Assembly (NCBI GenBank): GCA_963730185.1
Contig: CAVSQW010000008.1
Location: 288,001 to 352,000 of the forward strand
Length of the DNA stretch: 64,000 bases
Direction: 5' to 3'
DNA from: an uncultured Gemmatimonadales bacterium
GTDB taxonomy: Bacteria > Gemmatimonadota > Gemmatimonadetes > Gemmatimonadales > GWC2-71-9
Each line of letters starts with the position of its first letter. Position 1 is the first letter of the stretch. Positions 40,543 through 49,247 of the stretch are shown piece by piece. Below the pieces are notes generated by a model. It was not told the DNA's origin. It saw nothing but the letters and a program-made list of their open reading frames with translations, and ran no database searches. A program made the position numbers and the translations under genes.

Positions 40543-42872
40543 CGGTTGGCCCCGGCGCCGGCCCGCTCCAGGCGGACGGCGCACTTCCGGTCGTCCGGTT
40601 GGCCGGACCAGGGATCGTGCGCCCGCCCGGTCAGGCGGTTGATCGGCTTGCCCTCGTCGAAGGTCGGGACGAAGACCTGTCCCCGGGGCGGCTGCGAGCG
40701 ATAGTCGATCCGGGCTTCGAGCTCGAGGGCGCCGCGGCGGCTCACCAGCCGGACCAGGTCGCCCCGCTGGATCTTGTGGGTGGCCGCGTCGGCCGGGTTG
40801 ATCTCGACGTAGGCGTGGGGCAGGGCCCGGTGCAGGGTCGCGATCCGCTGGGTCATCGCCCCGCCGCCCCAGTGCTCCAACACGCCGCCCGTCACCAGCC
40901 AGAGCGGGTAGGCCCGGTCGGGCGCCTCGGCCGCCGGCCGGTCCGGCCGGAGCCAGACCCAGGCCCGGTGGTCGGGATGGCCGTAGAAGTCGAAATCGCC
41001 GCGGGCCCGGTCGGCGGCGGGGTCATGGGCGGTGTGGTACCGCCACTTGGTCTCGTGACCGTCGCGGTAGGGCCAGTAGACTCCCGGCCGGCGACGGAGC
41101 TCGGCGAGCGGCGGCAGGGGACTGGGCCCGTCGGCGTGGAAGCGCTGGTACTCCTCCCAGATCTGATCGGCCAGGTGGTCGCGGTCCCAGGGAAAGAGCG
41201 ACGCCAGGCCGAGCCGCCGCCCCACCTGGATCATCAGTTCGGCGTCGCTGGTCGCGTCGCCGGGCGGATTGGTCAGCTTGGCGAAGTGCTGGACCCGGCG
41301 TTCGGGGTTGGCATAGATGCCCTCCCGTTCGATCCAGATGGCGGCCGGCAGGACCACGTCAGCCAGGTCCGTCGTCGGGGTGGGGTACGCTTCGCTGACC
41401 ACGATGAACCGGTCCGGTTGCCGGGCGGCGCGGCGGTACCGGTCCAGGTCCGGGAGGCTCAACATCGGGTTGGTGGCCTGAATCCAGAGCACCCGAAGGT
41501 CGCCCCGGTCGAGGGCGTCGAACAGACCCACCGCGGTGCCCCCCGGACGGGGGTCGATCCGGTCGGCCGGCACGCCCCAGATCCGGGCGGCCCGCTCGCG
41601 ATCCTCGGGGCGAGTGACCAGGCCCCGCGGGAGGGTATGGGTCAGCGTTCCGGCGTCGTGTGGGGCGGCCCCGCCGTTCGGCTGGCCGGTGGTGGCGAAG
41701 GCCGCGTTGCCGGGCGTGCCCATCTTGCCGGCCAGCAGGTGGATGTTGTAGAGCGCGTTGTTGGTCCAGGTGCCGCGGACGTCCTGATGGACGTTGGCGC
41801 CCCAGATCGACATCACCTTCCGGGCCGGATCGCCGTAGAGCGACGCGACCCACCGGATCGTCTCGGCCGGCATCCCGGTCAGCCGTTGGGCCCGCTCGGC
41901 GGAGTAGGTCTCGAGCCCGGCCAGGAACTCGTCCCGGCTGGCGTCGGCCGGTCGCTCGGCGACCAGGCCGCCGTCCGGGGGCTCTGGCGCGGCCTCGCTC
42001 GCCGTCTTCTTGAACGCGACGTATCGGTTCACGAAGTCCCAATCCACCCACTCGCTGGCGACCAATTCGTGGCAGACGGCCTGGGCGATCTCCAAGGCGC
42101 CGTGAGGCAGGAAGAGCGCGGCCCGGTCGGCGGCGTAGCTGGTGCGGGTCGTTCGGGTGGCGAGGTCGATGATTCGGACCGCCGGATTGTCGCGGCGGCG
42201 GGCCAGAATCCGGGAAAAGAGGACCGGATCCGTCTCGGCCAGGTTGGTGTCCCAGAGAACGATGGTGTCGGCGTGATCGATGTCGTCGTAGCAGCCGACC
42301 GCTCCGTCGAGCCCGAAGGTGCTGTCCAGTCCGGCCATCGCGCCGGCGCCGTAGAGCCGGGTGCTGGTCTCGAGATTGTTCGTGCCGAGGCCGCCTTTGA
42401 CCAGCTTGGAGGCGACGTAGGCGTCGAGGATCGTCCACTGGGCCGATCCGTACAGGCCGACGCTGTCCTTGCCGTGCTGGTCGATCGATTCCCGGATCTT
42501 CCGGGCCACGAGGTCCAGCGCCTCGCCGAGAGGAACCGGAACCAGGGCGCCGTCCCTCCTGACCAGGGCCCGGGTGATGCGATCCTCGCCCCGGAGCGCC
42601 TGGACCGAGAGATAGCCGCGGACGCAGGCCAGGCCGCCGGCGACCGGCGAGTCGAGATCGCCCTTGACGGCCGACGCGCGACCGTTGGTGAGGCCGACGA
42701 GGAGGCCACAGCCGACCCCGCAGAGCCGGCAGGGCGCCTTGTGCCACACCGTGCCGGCCAGCGCCCGCCCCTCGGCCGGGGCCATGCCCAACCCGGGAAT
42801 GCCGACCGCGCCGACCGCCGCGGACAGGGCGACGACCTCTTTGACGAACCCGCGCCGGTCGAGGGCTCTCAT
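40539..42872 (-). CDS. Tat-exported NapA-like molybdopterin oxidoreductase with divergent active site
   Basis: DRRGFVK Tat leader, KAPCRLCGVGC...CVRG Fe-S motif, GQPN, EREGIYANPERR, TGGVLEHW. The Mo-ligand region reads TRLYGAG instead of ARxCMAS. Confidence 0.85.
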   Translation of the reverse strand: MRALDRRGFVKEVVALSAAVGAVGIPGLGMAPAEGRALAGTVWHKAPCRLCGVGCGLLVGLTNGRASAVKGDLDSPVAGGLACVRGYLSVQALRGEDRITRALVRRDGALVPVPLGEALDLVARKIRESIDQHGKDSVGLYGSAQWTILDAYVASKLVKGGLGTNNLETSTRLYGAGAMAGLDSTFGLDGAVGCYDDIDHADTIVLWDTNLAETDPVLFSRILARRRDNPAVRIIDLATRTTRTSYAADRAALFLPHGALEIAQAVCHELVASEWVDWDFVNRYVAFKKTASEAAPEPPDGGLVAERPADASRDEFLAGLETYSAERAQRLTGMPAETIRWVASLYGDPARKVMSIWGANVHQDVRGTWTNNALYNIHLLAGKMGTPGNAAFATTGQPNGGAAPHDAGTLTHTLPRGLVTRPEDRERAARIWGVPADRIDPRPGGTAVGLFDALDRGDLRVLWIQATNPMLSLPDLDRYRRAARQPDRFIVVSEAYPTPTTDLADVVLPAAIWIEREGIYANPERRVQHFAKLTNPPGDATSDAELMIQVGRRLGLASLFPWDRDHLADQIWEEYQRFHADGPSPLPPLAELRRRPGVYWPYRDGHETKWRYHTAHDPAADRARGDFDFYGHPDHRAWVWLRPDRPAAEAPDRAYPLWLVTGGVLEHWGGGAMTQRIATLHRALPHAYVEINPADAATHKIQRGDLVRLVSRRGALELEARIDYRSQPPRGQVFVPTFDEGKPINRLTGRAHDPWSGQPDDRKCAVRLERAGAGANR

Positions 42873-43087
42873 GGGAGTCCGGGAACAGGAACACCTGGGC
42901 ACTGAGGCATGCCGGAGACCTCCTGATCGGTCGTTACCGCTGTTGGGTGTCCTGCAATCCGCGACCGGGGTCCGGTCTGAACGCGCTGTCGGCGCGGTGA
43001 AGGCAACGGTCGAACGAACGACCGTTTGGAACCTGCGGGGCGTTGGGTGAAGGCGTTCCTAACGAACGATGAAGCTTGGCTTAGAAG

Positions 43088-43897
43088 TCAGCCAGTCGGC
43101 TTGACGGCGGCGCGAGCCTCGGCCAGGAAGCGGTCGACGGCCGTCTGGTGGTCGCGGTACTCCGGCCGGCCAGCCGCGATCTCCTTGTCGTAGGCGGCGT
43201 TGAAGCCCTGGTAGGCCCTGGCGAGCGCGGCGTCGTTCCGGGCGAATTGGGCCAGCGCGCCCTCGATCATGAAGCCGAAGAGGTGGGTGGGATCGTTGGC
43301 GAGGATGGTGTCGGCCAGCGCCCGAGCGCCGGCCAGGTCGCCGGTGTGGAGTCGGAGCATGGCCGAGTGGTAGCGGGCGTCGGCGTCCGGGGCGGGGAGG
43401 TCCGCGTACGCCTGCATGGCCATGGGGAGGAACTGGGAGGCTTGGGCGGTGTCGCCCGACTCACTCGCTTGCATGACCCGGTTGTAGAGGCGGTCGAAGC
43501 GCTCCCGTGGGCTCATGTTGCTGATGTCGGGCGGTGCCCCGTTCCCGCCGCCGCCCAGAGCGGGGGTGGCGGCCGGGACGGGGGTGACCGCAGCCCGGGT
43601 CTGGCTCTCCTTCCGGAACAGGGCCACCAAGATGACGAGCAGGGCAGCGCCTCCGATGAGGTACGGGAAGACGGTCCCCATTGACAGGGATGGCTTGGTT
43701 GCCTGGACCGGTGCCGGCCCAGCCGGGCCGACCGGCTGGCCACAATTGGCGCAGAACTTGACCCCCGGGGTCAACGGCTGGTCGCACGAGCGGCAGCGGG
43801 CGCCGGGAAGCGGGGCGCCGCAGCTGGCGCAGAATCGGCCGGTGCTTTGGGCGCCACACTGCGAACAGGTGCTGGGGGCTGTCGGATTGGGTGACAT
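43088..43897 (-). CDS. Double zinc-ribbon membrane protein with helical (TPR-like) C-terminal domain
   Basis: CSQC, CASC, CRSC, CANC; one TM segment; Ala-rich helical C-terminus. Confidence 0.75.
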   Translation of the reverse strand: MSPNPTAPSTCSQCGAQSTGRFCASCGAPLPGARCRSCDQPLTPGVKFCANCGQPVGPAGPAPVQATKPSLSMGTVFPYLIGGAALLVILVALFRKESQTRAAVTPVPAATPALGGGGNGAPPDISNMSPRERFDRLYNRVMQASESGDTAQASQFLPMAMQAYADLPAPDADARYHSAMLRLHTGDLAGARALADTILANDPTHLFGFMIEGALAQFARNDAALARAYQGFNAAYDKEIAAGRPEYRDHQTAVDRFLAEARAAVKPTG

Positions 43898-44134
43898 CGG
43901 GATGCTCGGAAGGGGTCACGTGCCTGGGCTGCGCCAAGACAATAATGTGGTCGGGGGCGAAACCTGAAGCCGAGGTGGCGCAAAGTCTTGAAGAATTTAT
44001 GAAAGTCAGCTTAGAATCGTGCCGGATGCCTTGTAGGCGGACGGGGAGGATAGCTACTGTTGACCCGTGGTTGGATTACTTGGGTAGAAATGCGGTATGC
44101 GTTCAACCTGGTCTGGTCAACGACGGAGACGGTT

Positions 44135-45730
44135 GTGCGATTCAGAATCCCCTTTTCGAGTGGTGTCCTGGGCGTCATTTGCGCCATGACCCTGGCGGGA
44201 TGTACCTCGGAGAAGATCGTCTACCGCGATCGGGAGCCGTTCAACGTGCCGCCCGACGCGGCCTTGGGCTTCCTGGGGTACTACGACGTCTCCACCAAGC
44301 AGACCACCTGCGGCAACTGCCACAGCGAGAAGCAGGCGAGCTGGTCGACGACCAAGCACGCCTCCGCGTGGGAGGATCTGCAGGCTTCGGGGCACGCGAC
44401 GGCTTCCTGTAACGGATGCCATACGGTGTCCGAGAATGGGAACTCCGTGGGCGCGCCGGCGGGCTACAGCGTGGTCCCCGACTCGGTCTATCAAGACGTG
44501 CAGTGCGAGAACTGTCACGGACCGGGCCTGACCCACGTTCAGAATCCGACCAACACCAACCAGCCGTTGGCATCGATCTCCGCCGATACCGGCCAGGTCA
44601 ACGGCTGCGGCGGCTGCCATTCGGGCGTTCACGAGCCGTTCGTGGATCAGTGGAAGGAATCGGCCCACGGGTCGGGGCCAGGCTTCGACCACGCCGCCAC
44701 CAACGCCACCTGTGCGCCTTGCCACGAGGGCAAGGCGGCGCTGAGCCAGAAGTTTGGGGTCACGACCAACTACAAAGAGGCGAGCTCGACCGATCCGGTC
44801 CGGATCGTCTGCGCCGTCTGCCACAACCCGCACGGATCGCCCTACGACCATCAGCTTCGGGCGTCCGTCTCGACGCCGACCCGGGACAACCTCTGCATCA
44901 TGTGCCACTCCCGGCAGGGCACTCCGCCGTGGAGCACGGCCGCGGCCGGCGGCGGCACGACCCGAGGCGCTCACGGGGCCCAGGGGCTTCTGGTGCTGGG
45001 TCTCGACGTCGGGTGGATTCCGCCCAACTTCGCCTACGACCCGTCGTCGATCGTGAGCACGCACGGAACGGGCGCCAATCCGAAGCTCTGCGCCACCTGT
45101 CACGTCGCCCAGACCACGGTGACTGATCAAGCGACCGGTGCCTTCGTCTTCCAGAGCGTGGGGCACACCTTCACGGCGACGCCGTGCCTGGATGCCCAGG
45201 GCCTCCCGACCGCCACGACCGAGTGCGACGTTACCCAGCGGGACTTCACGGCCTGTGCCGCCTCCGGGTGCCACTCGAGCGATCAGACGGCTCGGGCGGC
45301 GTACATCTCCTTCGAGAGCCGGTTGGACAACCTGGTCGACCAGATCTGGAAGGACACCAACGGGAACAGCGTGATCGACGCGACCGACGGTGGCTTGATC
45401 CCGCAGATGGTGGCCCGAAACTCGGCCGCCGACCAGGCCGCGCTCGACTTCAGCAGCACCGTGACGACGACGGCCAAGGGCGCGCTCTTCAACGCGGCCC
45501 TGGCGGCCACCGACAACCGGCCCCAGTTCCTGGCCGGCACGGTCTACAACTTCACCTTCTCGACCCACATGGCCTCGGGTGGCGGTGCCCACAACCCGTT
45601 CCTGCTCGAAGCCCTGCTGACCGCGTCGATCGAGGCCCTCAAGAACGACTACGGGCTCAGCGCGCCGCCCAACCTGGACCTCAAGGTCCACGCGGTGGCG
45701 CCGAAGGGCCTGCGGATGGCGGCCCGGTAG
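44135..45730 (+). CDS. Multiheme cytochrome c lipoprotein (8 CxxCH + 1 CX4CH)
   Basis: LAGC lipobox; CGNCH, CNGCH, CENCH, CGGCH, CAPCH, CAVCH, CIMCH, CATCH, CAASGCH. GGAG upstream of GTG 44135. Confidence 0.9.
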   Translation: MRFRIPFSSGVLGVICAMTLAGCTSEKIVYRDREPFNVPPDAALGFLGYYDVSTKQTTCGNCHSEKQASWSTTKHASAWEDLQASGHATASCNGCHTVSENGNSVGAPAGYSVVPDSVYQDVQCENCHGPGLTHVQNPTNTNQPLASISADTGQVNGCGGCHSGVHEPFVDQWKESAHGSGPGFDHAATNATCAPCHEGKAALSQKFGVTTNYKEASSTDPVRIVCAVCHNPHGSPYDHQLRASVSTPTRDNLCIMCHSRQGTPPWSTAAAGGGTTRGAHGAQGLLVLGLDVGWIPPNFAYDPSSIVSTHGTGANPKLCATCHVAQTTVTDQATGAFVFQSVGHTFTATPCLDAQGLPTATTECDVTQRDFTACAASGCHSSDQTARAAYISFESRLDNLVDQIWKDTNGNSVIDATDGGLIPQMVARNSAADQAALDFSSTVTTTAKGALFNAALAATDNRPQFLAGTVYNFTFSTHMASGGGAHNPFLLEALLTASIEALKNDYGLSAPPNLDLKVHAVAPKGLRMAAR

Positions 45731-45738
45731 CTGACAAG

Positions 45739-45786
45739 GGACCGTCCGTCGATTAGGTTCCGGCGGACGGTCCAACTTCTTTCTTC
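45739..45786 (+). terminator. Intra-operon hairpin / weak terminator
   Basis: GGACCGTCCGTCG (45739-45751) pairs with CGGCGGACGGTCC (45761-45773), followed by AACTTCTTTCTT. Confidence 0.6.
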
Positions 45787-45789
45787 ATC

Positions 45790-47754
45790 GTGACTCTTCT
45801 CGGCTTCCCCCAGCTGACCGACACGGTGCGGGCGGCGTCGGCGGTTGCCGATACCACCCCCCCGACTCTGGTCGAGTCCCCCCTCCCCGGGGGCGTGTCC
45901 GAGGTCGTTCGCTACTTCTTCAATCTGCCGCAGTGGTTCCAGATTGCCGGCTTCTTTGCCGGCCTGATCGTCGCGGCGCTGATCTTGATCTATCTCTGGA
46001 AGCGCCGGGCGCCGATCGTCTACTGGATCAAGACCCGGGAGCGCGGCCTCCAGCTGGGGCTTGCCGGCGGCCTGTTCGGCCTCATCCTGCTCGCCAGCGG
46101 CGCCGGGATGGTCAGCTGGAACTACATGCAGCACGACAACGGGTTCTGCACCGGATGCCACGTCATGAACGTGCCGTTCGGGAAGTTCGAGGTCCGGGCC
46201 GGGAAGCACGACTCGCTGCAGTGCCACAACTGCCATCAGCAGTCGATCTACGCCAGCATGCGGCAGCTCTACCTCTGGGTGGCGGAGCGTCCGGAGGAGA
46301 TCGGGAGCCACGCCAAGGTGCCGAACCGGGTCTGCGCCGGGTGTCACGTCACCGGCGAGGGCAAGGAGAAGTGGAAGAACATCGCCGCGACGGCGGGCCA
46401 CCGGGTGCACCTCGAGTCCGACTCGACGGCGCTCAAGAACGTCCAGTGCGTGACCTGCCACGGCTACGAGGTGCACCTCTTCGTGCCGGTCGACCGGACC
46501 TGTATGCAGTCGGGCTGTCACGAGAACTTGAAGATCGGTCTGGGTAAGATGGCGGGGCAGACCGACCTCCACTGCGTCACCTGTCACCAGTTCACCGCGG
46601 ACGTGCCTCGGCTGGCGACCTACGACTCGGCCGCGAAGACCCTGGTCCCCACCAACAAGCAGTGTCTCAGCTGCCACGAGATGCAGAAGGTCCTGACCGA
46701 GTTCGATCCGGCCAAGGATCCGCACAACGGGGCCTGCGGCACGTGCCACAACCCGCACACCCAGACCAAGGCGGCCGACGCGGCGAAGCGCTGCGCGACC
46801 TCGGGCTGCCACGACAACTGGGGCGAGGTGCCGTTCCACGTGGGGGCGACCCATCGGCAGGTGGTGCAGGACTGCCTGCTCTGCCACAATCCGCACCAGG
46901 CCCGGCTCGACGCCAGCGACTGCGAGGGCTGCCACACCAAGGTGCGGGCCCGGGGACGGTTCAGACCGCCGGTACCGTTCGACACCTTGCGGGCCCTCAA
47001 GGGCGGGCGGGGGTCGCCGCCCGGCGCCTCAGCGGGTGGCCCCGTCACGGGCTTCATCGGGGGGGGCGCCTGGTGGGAGCCCCCCCTTTCGTTGTCCGAT
47101 CCGCCCCCGGTCCGGGCCGTGCCCGCACCGGCAGCCGATTCGTTCCCGCACCAACGTCACAAGAGCCTCGCCTGCCTGACCTGTCACAAGCCAACCGCCA
47201 CCCACGGACGCCTGAACTTCGAGACTCCCCGCGGGTGTCAGATCTGCCACCACGTGGTCCAGCGTGACAAGCCGTGTACCGTCTGCCACCAGCAGTCCGA
47301 GCTGGACCCGCCGCACGTCGAGACGGTGACGATCACCGTGCCCGACCGGGCGCCGAGGGCCCGGCCGGTGACATTCACGCACCGAGGCCCGCACGAGAAG
47401 CTCGCCTGCCGTGACTGCCACAAAACCGAGGTCACCAACCTGCCGGCGGCCGACGTCGTCACCTGCCAGGCGTGCCACGACCGACACCACGGCAACCCGA
47501 CGACCTGCTCCACCTGTCACACCGCCACCGATCTCCAAGCGGTCCATGCCCGACCGATCGAGGCCCATCGGGCCTGTGACGAATGCCACACGGCCCGGAT
47601 CGTCGCCGAGCTGGTTCCCACCCGGAACCTCTGCGTGACCTGTCACCGGACCAAGGCGGATCACTATCCCGCCAAACAGTGCACCGTGTGTCACTTCCTC
47701 TCGGATCCGGAGAGCTATCGGGTCCACCTGCGCAAAGCGAGCAAGGCCGGGTGA
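45790..47754 (+). CDS. Membrane-anchored NapC/NirT-like cytochrome extended to 20 heme motifs
   Basis: Two TM helices, NYMQHDNGFCTGCHVM (NapC/NrfH-like FCxxCHxM), 18 CxxCH + 2 CX4CH, central Pro/Gly linker. Confidence 0.9.
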   Translation: MTLLGFPQLTDTVRAASAVADTTPPTLVESPLPGGVSEVVRYFFNLPQWFQIAGFFAGLIVAALILIYLWKRRAPIVYWIKTRERGLQLGLAGGLFGLILLASGAGMVSWNYMQHDNGFCTGCHVMNVPFGKFEVRAGKHDSLQCHNCHQQSIYASMRQLYLWVAERPEEIGSHAKVPNRVCAGCHVTGEGKEKWKNIAATAGHRVHLESDSTALKNVQCVTCHGYEVHLFVPVDRTCMQSGCHENLKIGLGKMAGQTDLHCVTCHQFTADVPRLATYDSAAKTLVPTNKQCLSCHEMQKVLTEFDPAKDPHNGACGTCHNPHTQTKAADAAKRCATSGCHDNWGEVPFHVGATHRQVVQDCLLCHNPHQARLDASDCEGCHTKVRARGRFRPPVPFDTLRALKGGRGSPPGASAGGPVTGFIGGGAWWEPPLSLSDPPPVRAVPAPAADSFPHQRHKSLACLTCHKPTATHGRLNFETPRGCQICHHVVQRDKPCTVCHQQSELDPPHVETVTITVPDRAPRARPVTFTHRGPHEKLACRDCHKTEVTNLPAADVVTCQACHDRHHGNPTTCSTCHTATDLQAVHARPIEAHRACDECHTARIVAELVPTRNLCVTCHRTKADHYPAKQCTVCHFLSDPESYRVHLRKASKAG

Positions 47755-49247
47755 TCGGGCGCGCGAGCGGACTCGTCCTTCTGGTGGCCGGTGTCGCCGC
47801 CCTGCCGGTCGCGGCCCAAGGGTACCGCCTCCGGCTGGACAGCCGCTACCAGAGCGTGAGCTTTCGCGGGGTCCGGGCCGACAGCATTCTGGCGGTGGAC
47901 GCCGTGACCCGGGCGGGGCAGGGATACTTCACGACCGACGGCTTCGCGGTCTCGTGCGCTCAGGGAGCGGTCTACTGCTACTTCCTCCGGCCTGGCGACA
48001 AGCTCCGCGGGAACCCGGTGAGCGGCACCGGCGACCTCACGCTCTGGGGCTTCGGGGTCACGGGTCTCACGTTCCATGCCTCGGCCCGGTTCGCGCGGGA
48101 CCTGAGCAGCCAGGTGGACTACCCCCTGACCGAGCCGGCCGTGACCCTGCTCGAGGGGTATCTCGACTACAACAGCCGCCACCTGGTGGGTCGAGCCGGG
48201 CGCCAGATCGTCACCGGCCGGCTCGGATACCAGGGCTTCGACGGCGCGCTCGGGACGTTGCGCGACCCGGCCCGAGGCATCGAGGTGACGGGCTACGCGG
48301 GTTGGGGGCTGGCTCGGGGTACCGCGCTCCCGGTCACCAGCCCGGCCCTCAATCCGTTGGACGACTTCCAACCGCGGAACCGGCAGCTGCTCTTCGGCGC
48401 CCAGCTGGGCGTCCGGCATGCCTGGGTGGATTTCCGCGCCGACTATCGGCGGGAGATCGACCCGGTGCCGGACTACCTGGTCTCGGAACGGGCCTCCGCG
48501 AGCCTCTCTCTTTCGCCGCTTCCCGGGTGGCGGTTGACCGGCGGCGGCGACTATGACTTCGCCAACGGCTGGTGGGGCAGCGCCGATGCGACGCTCGGCT
48601 ATGCCGGCAAGCGCTTCTATGCGACCGCGACCGCCAGGCGCTACCGCCCGTTCTTCGATCTCTGGACCATCTGGGGGGCGTTCTCGCCGGTGCCCTATCA
48701 TGCCGTGTCCGGCGCCGCCGCCGTCCAGCCGGTCGAGCACCTCTGGGTTCGGGCTAGCGGAGAGCGGTACTGGTTCGAGGCTTCGGAGGCCTCGACGGCG
48801 CTCGTCTCGGTCGAGGATCGCGGGTGGCGGGGATCGGTGGGTGCGTCGTTGACGCTCGCCGACCGCTGGACGTTCGACGCCGGGCTCCGGGGAGAGTTCG
48901 GCCCGGGCGCCGCCTCCCGAACGGTCGAGGGCTCGGTCACCTGGCAGGCGCGGGACGGCGTGAGCCTGTCCACCCAGGTCGCGACTTTGGCCCGGCCGCT
49001 GGAGTTCCGCTACGACCAGAGCAACCTCGACTGGTATTCGGTCGGCGCGGACGTCCGGCTCAACGGCCAGTGGCGCTGGGTGTCCGACCTGGCTTGGGTG
49101 TCCGAGAGACGCAATCGTCCCGACGCGGCCGCCATCGACTGGGGGCAGTTCCGGGCCAGCACCCGGATCGTGCTCACCCTCGGATCGAGCGCCGATCGCC
49201 TCGCGTTGCCGCCGGGCCGCCCGCGGCCGAAGGGAGCGACGCCATGA
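47751..49247 (+). CDS. Predicted outer-membrane beta-barrel (porin of a porin-cytochrome complex)
   Basis: Signal peptide (LPVAA-Q), many alternating aromatic/hydrophobic strands, GRAGRQ and GFDGA motifs. Translationally coupled between two multiheme genes. Confidence 0.75.
   Translation: MIGRASGLVLLVAGVAALPVAAQGYRLRLDSRYQSVSFRGVRADSILAVDAVTRAGQGYFTTDGFAVSCAQGAVYCYFLRPGDKLRGNPVSGTGDLTLWGFGVTGLTFHASARFARDLSSQVDYPLTEPAVTLLEGYLDYNSRHLVGRAGRQIVTGRLGYQGFDGALGTLRDPARGIEVTGYAGWGLARGTALPVTSPALNPLDDFQPRNRQLLFGAQLGVRHAWVDFRADYRREIDPVPDYLVSERASASLSLSPLPGWRLTGGGDYDFANGWWGSADATLGYAGKRFYATATARRYRPFFDLWTIWGAFSPVPYHAVSGAAAVQPVEHLWVRASGERYWFEASEASTALVSVEDRGWRGSVGASLTLADRWTFDAGLRGEFGPGAASRTVEGSVTWQARDGVSLSTQVATLARPLEFRYDQSNLDWYSVGADVRLNGQWRWVSDLAWVSERRNRPDAAAIDWGQFRASTRIVLTLGSSADRLALPPGRPRPKGATP

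Noticed and set aside
40539..42872. Calling the gene napA, or a selenocysteine enzyme
   Set aside because: The ligand position is TAC (Tyr), neither Cys nor an in-frame TGA, so the symbol was withheld.
43088..43897. Four CxxC motifs as an additional multiheme cytochrome
   Set aside because: None is followed by His and they precede the TM segment; this is a zinc-ribbon pattern.
43980..44010. FNR or Rex operator upstream of the cytochrome operon
   Set aside because: Only a partial match to either consensus; not supportable by eye.
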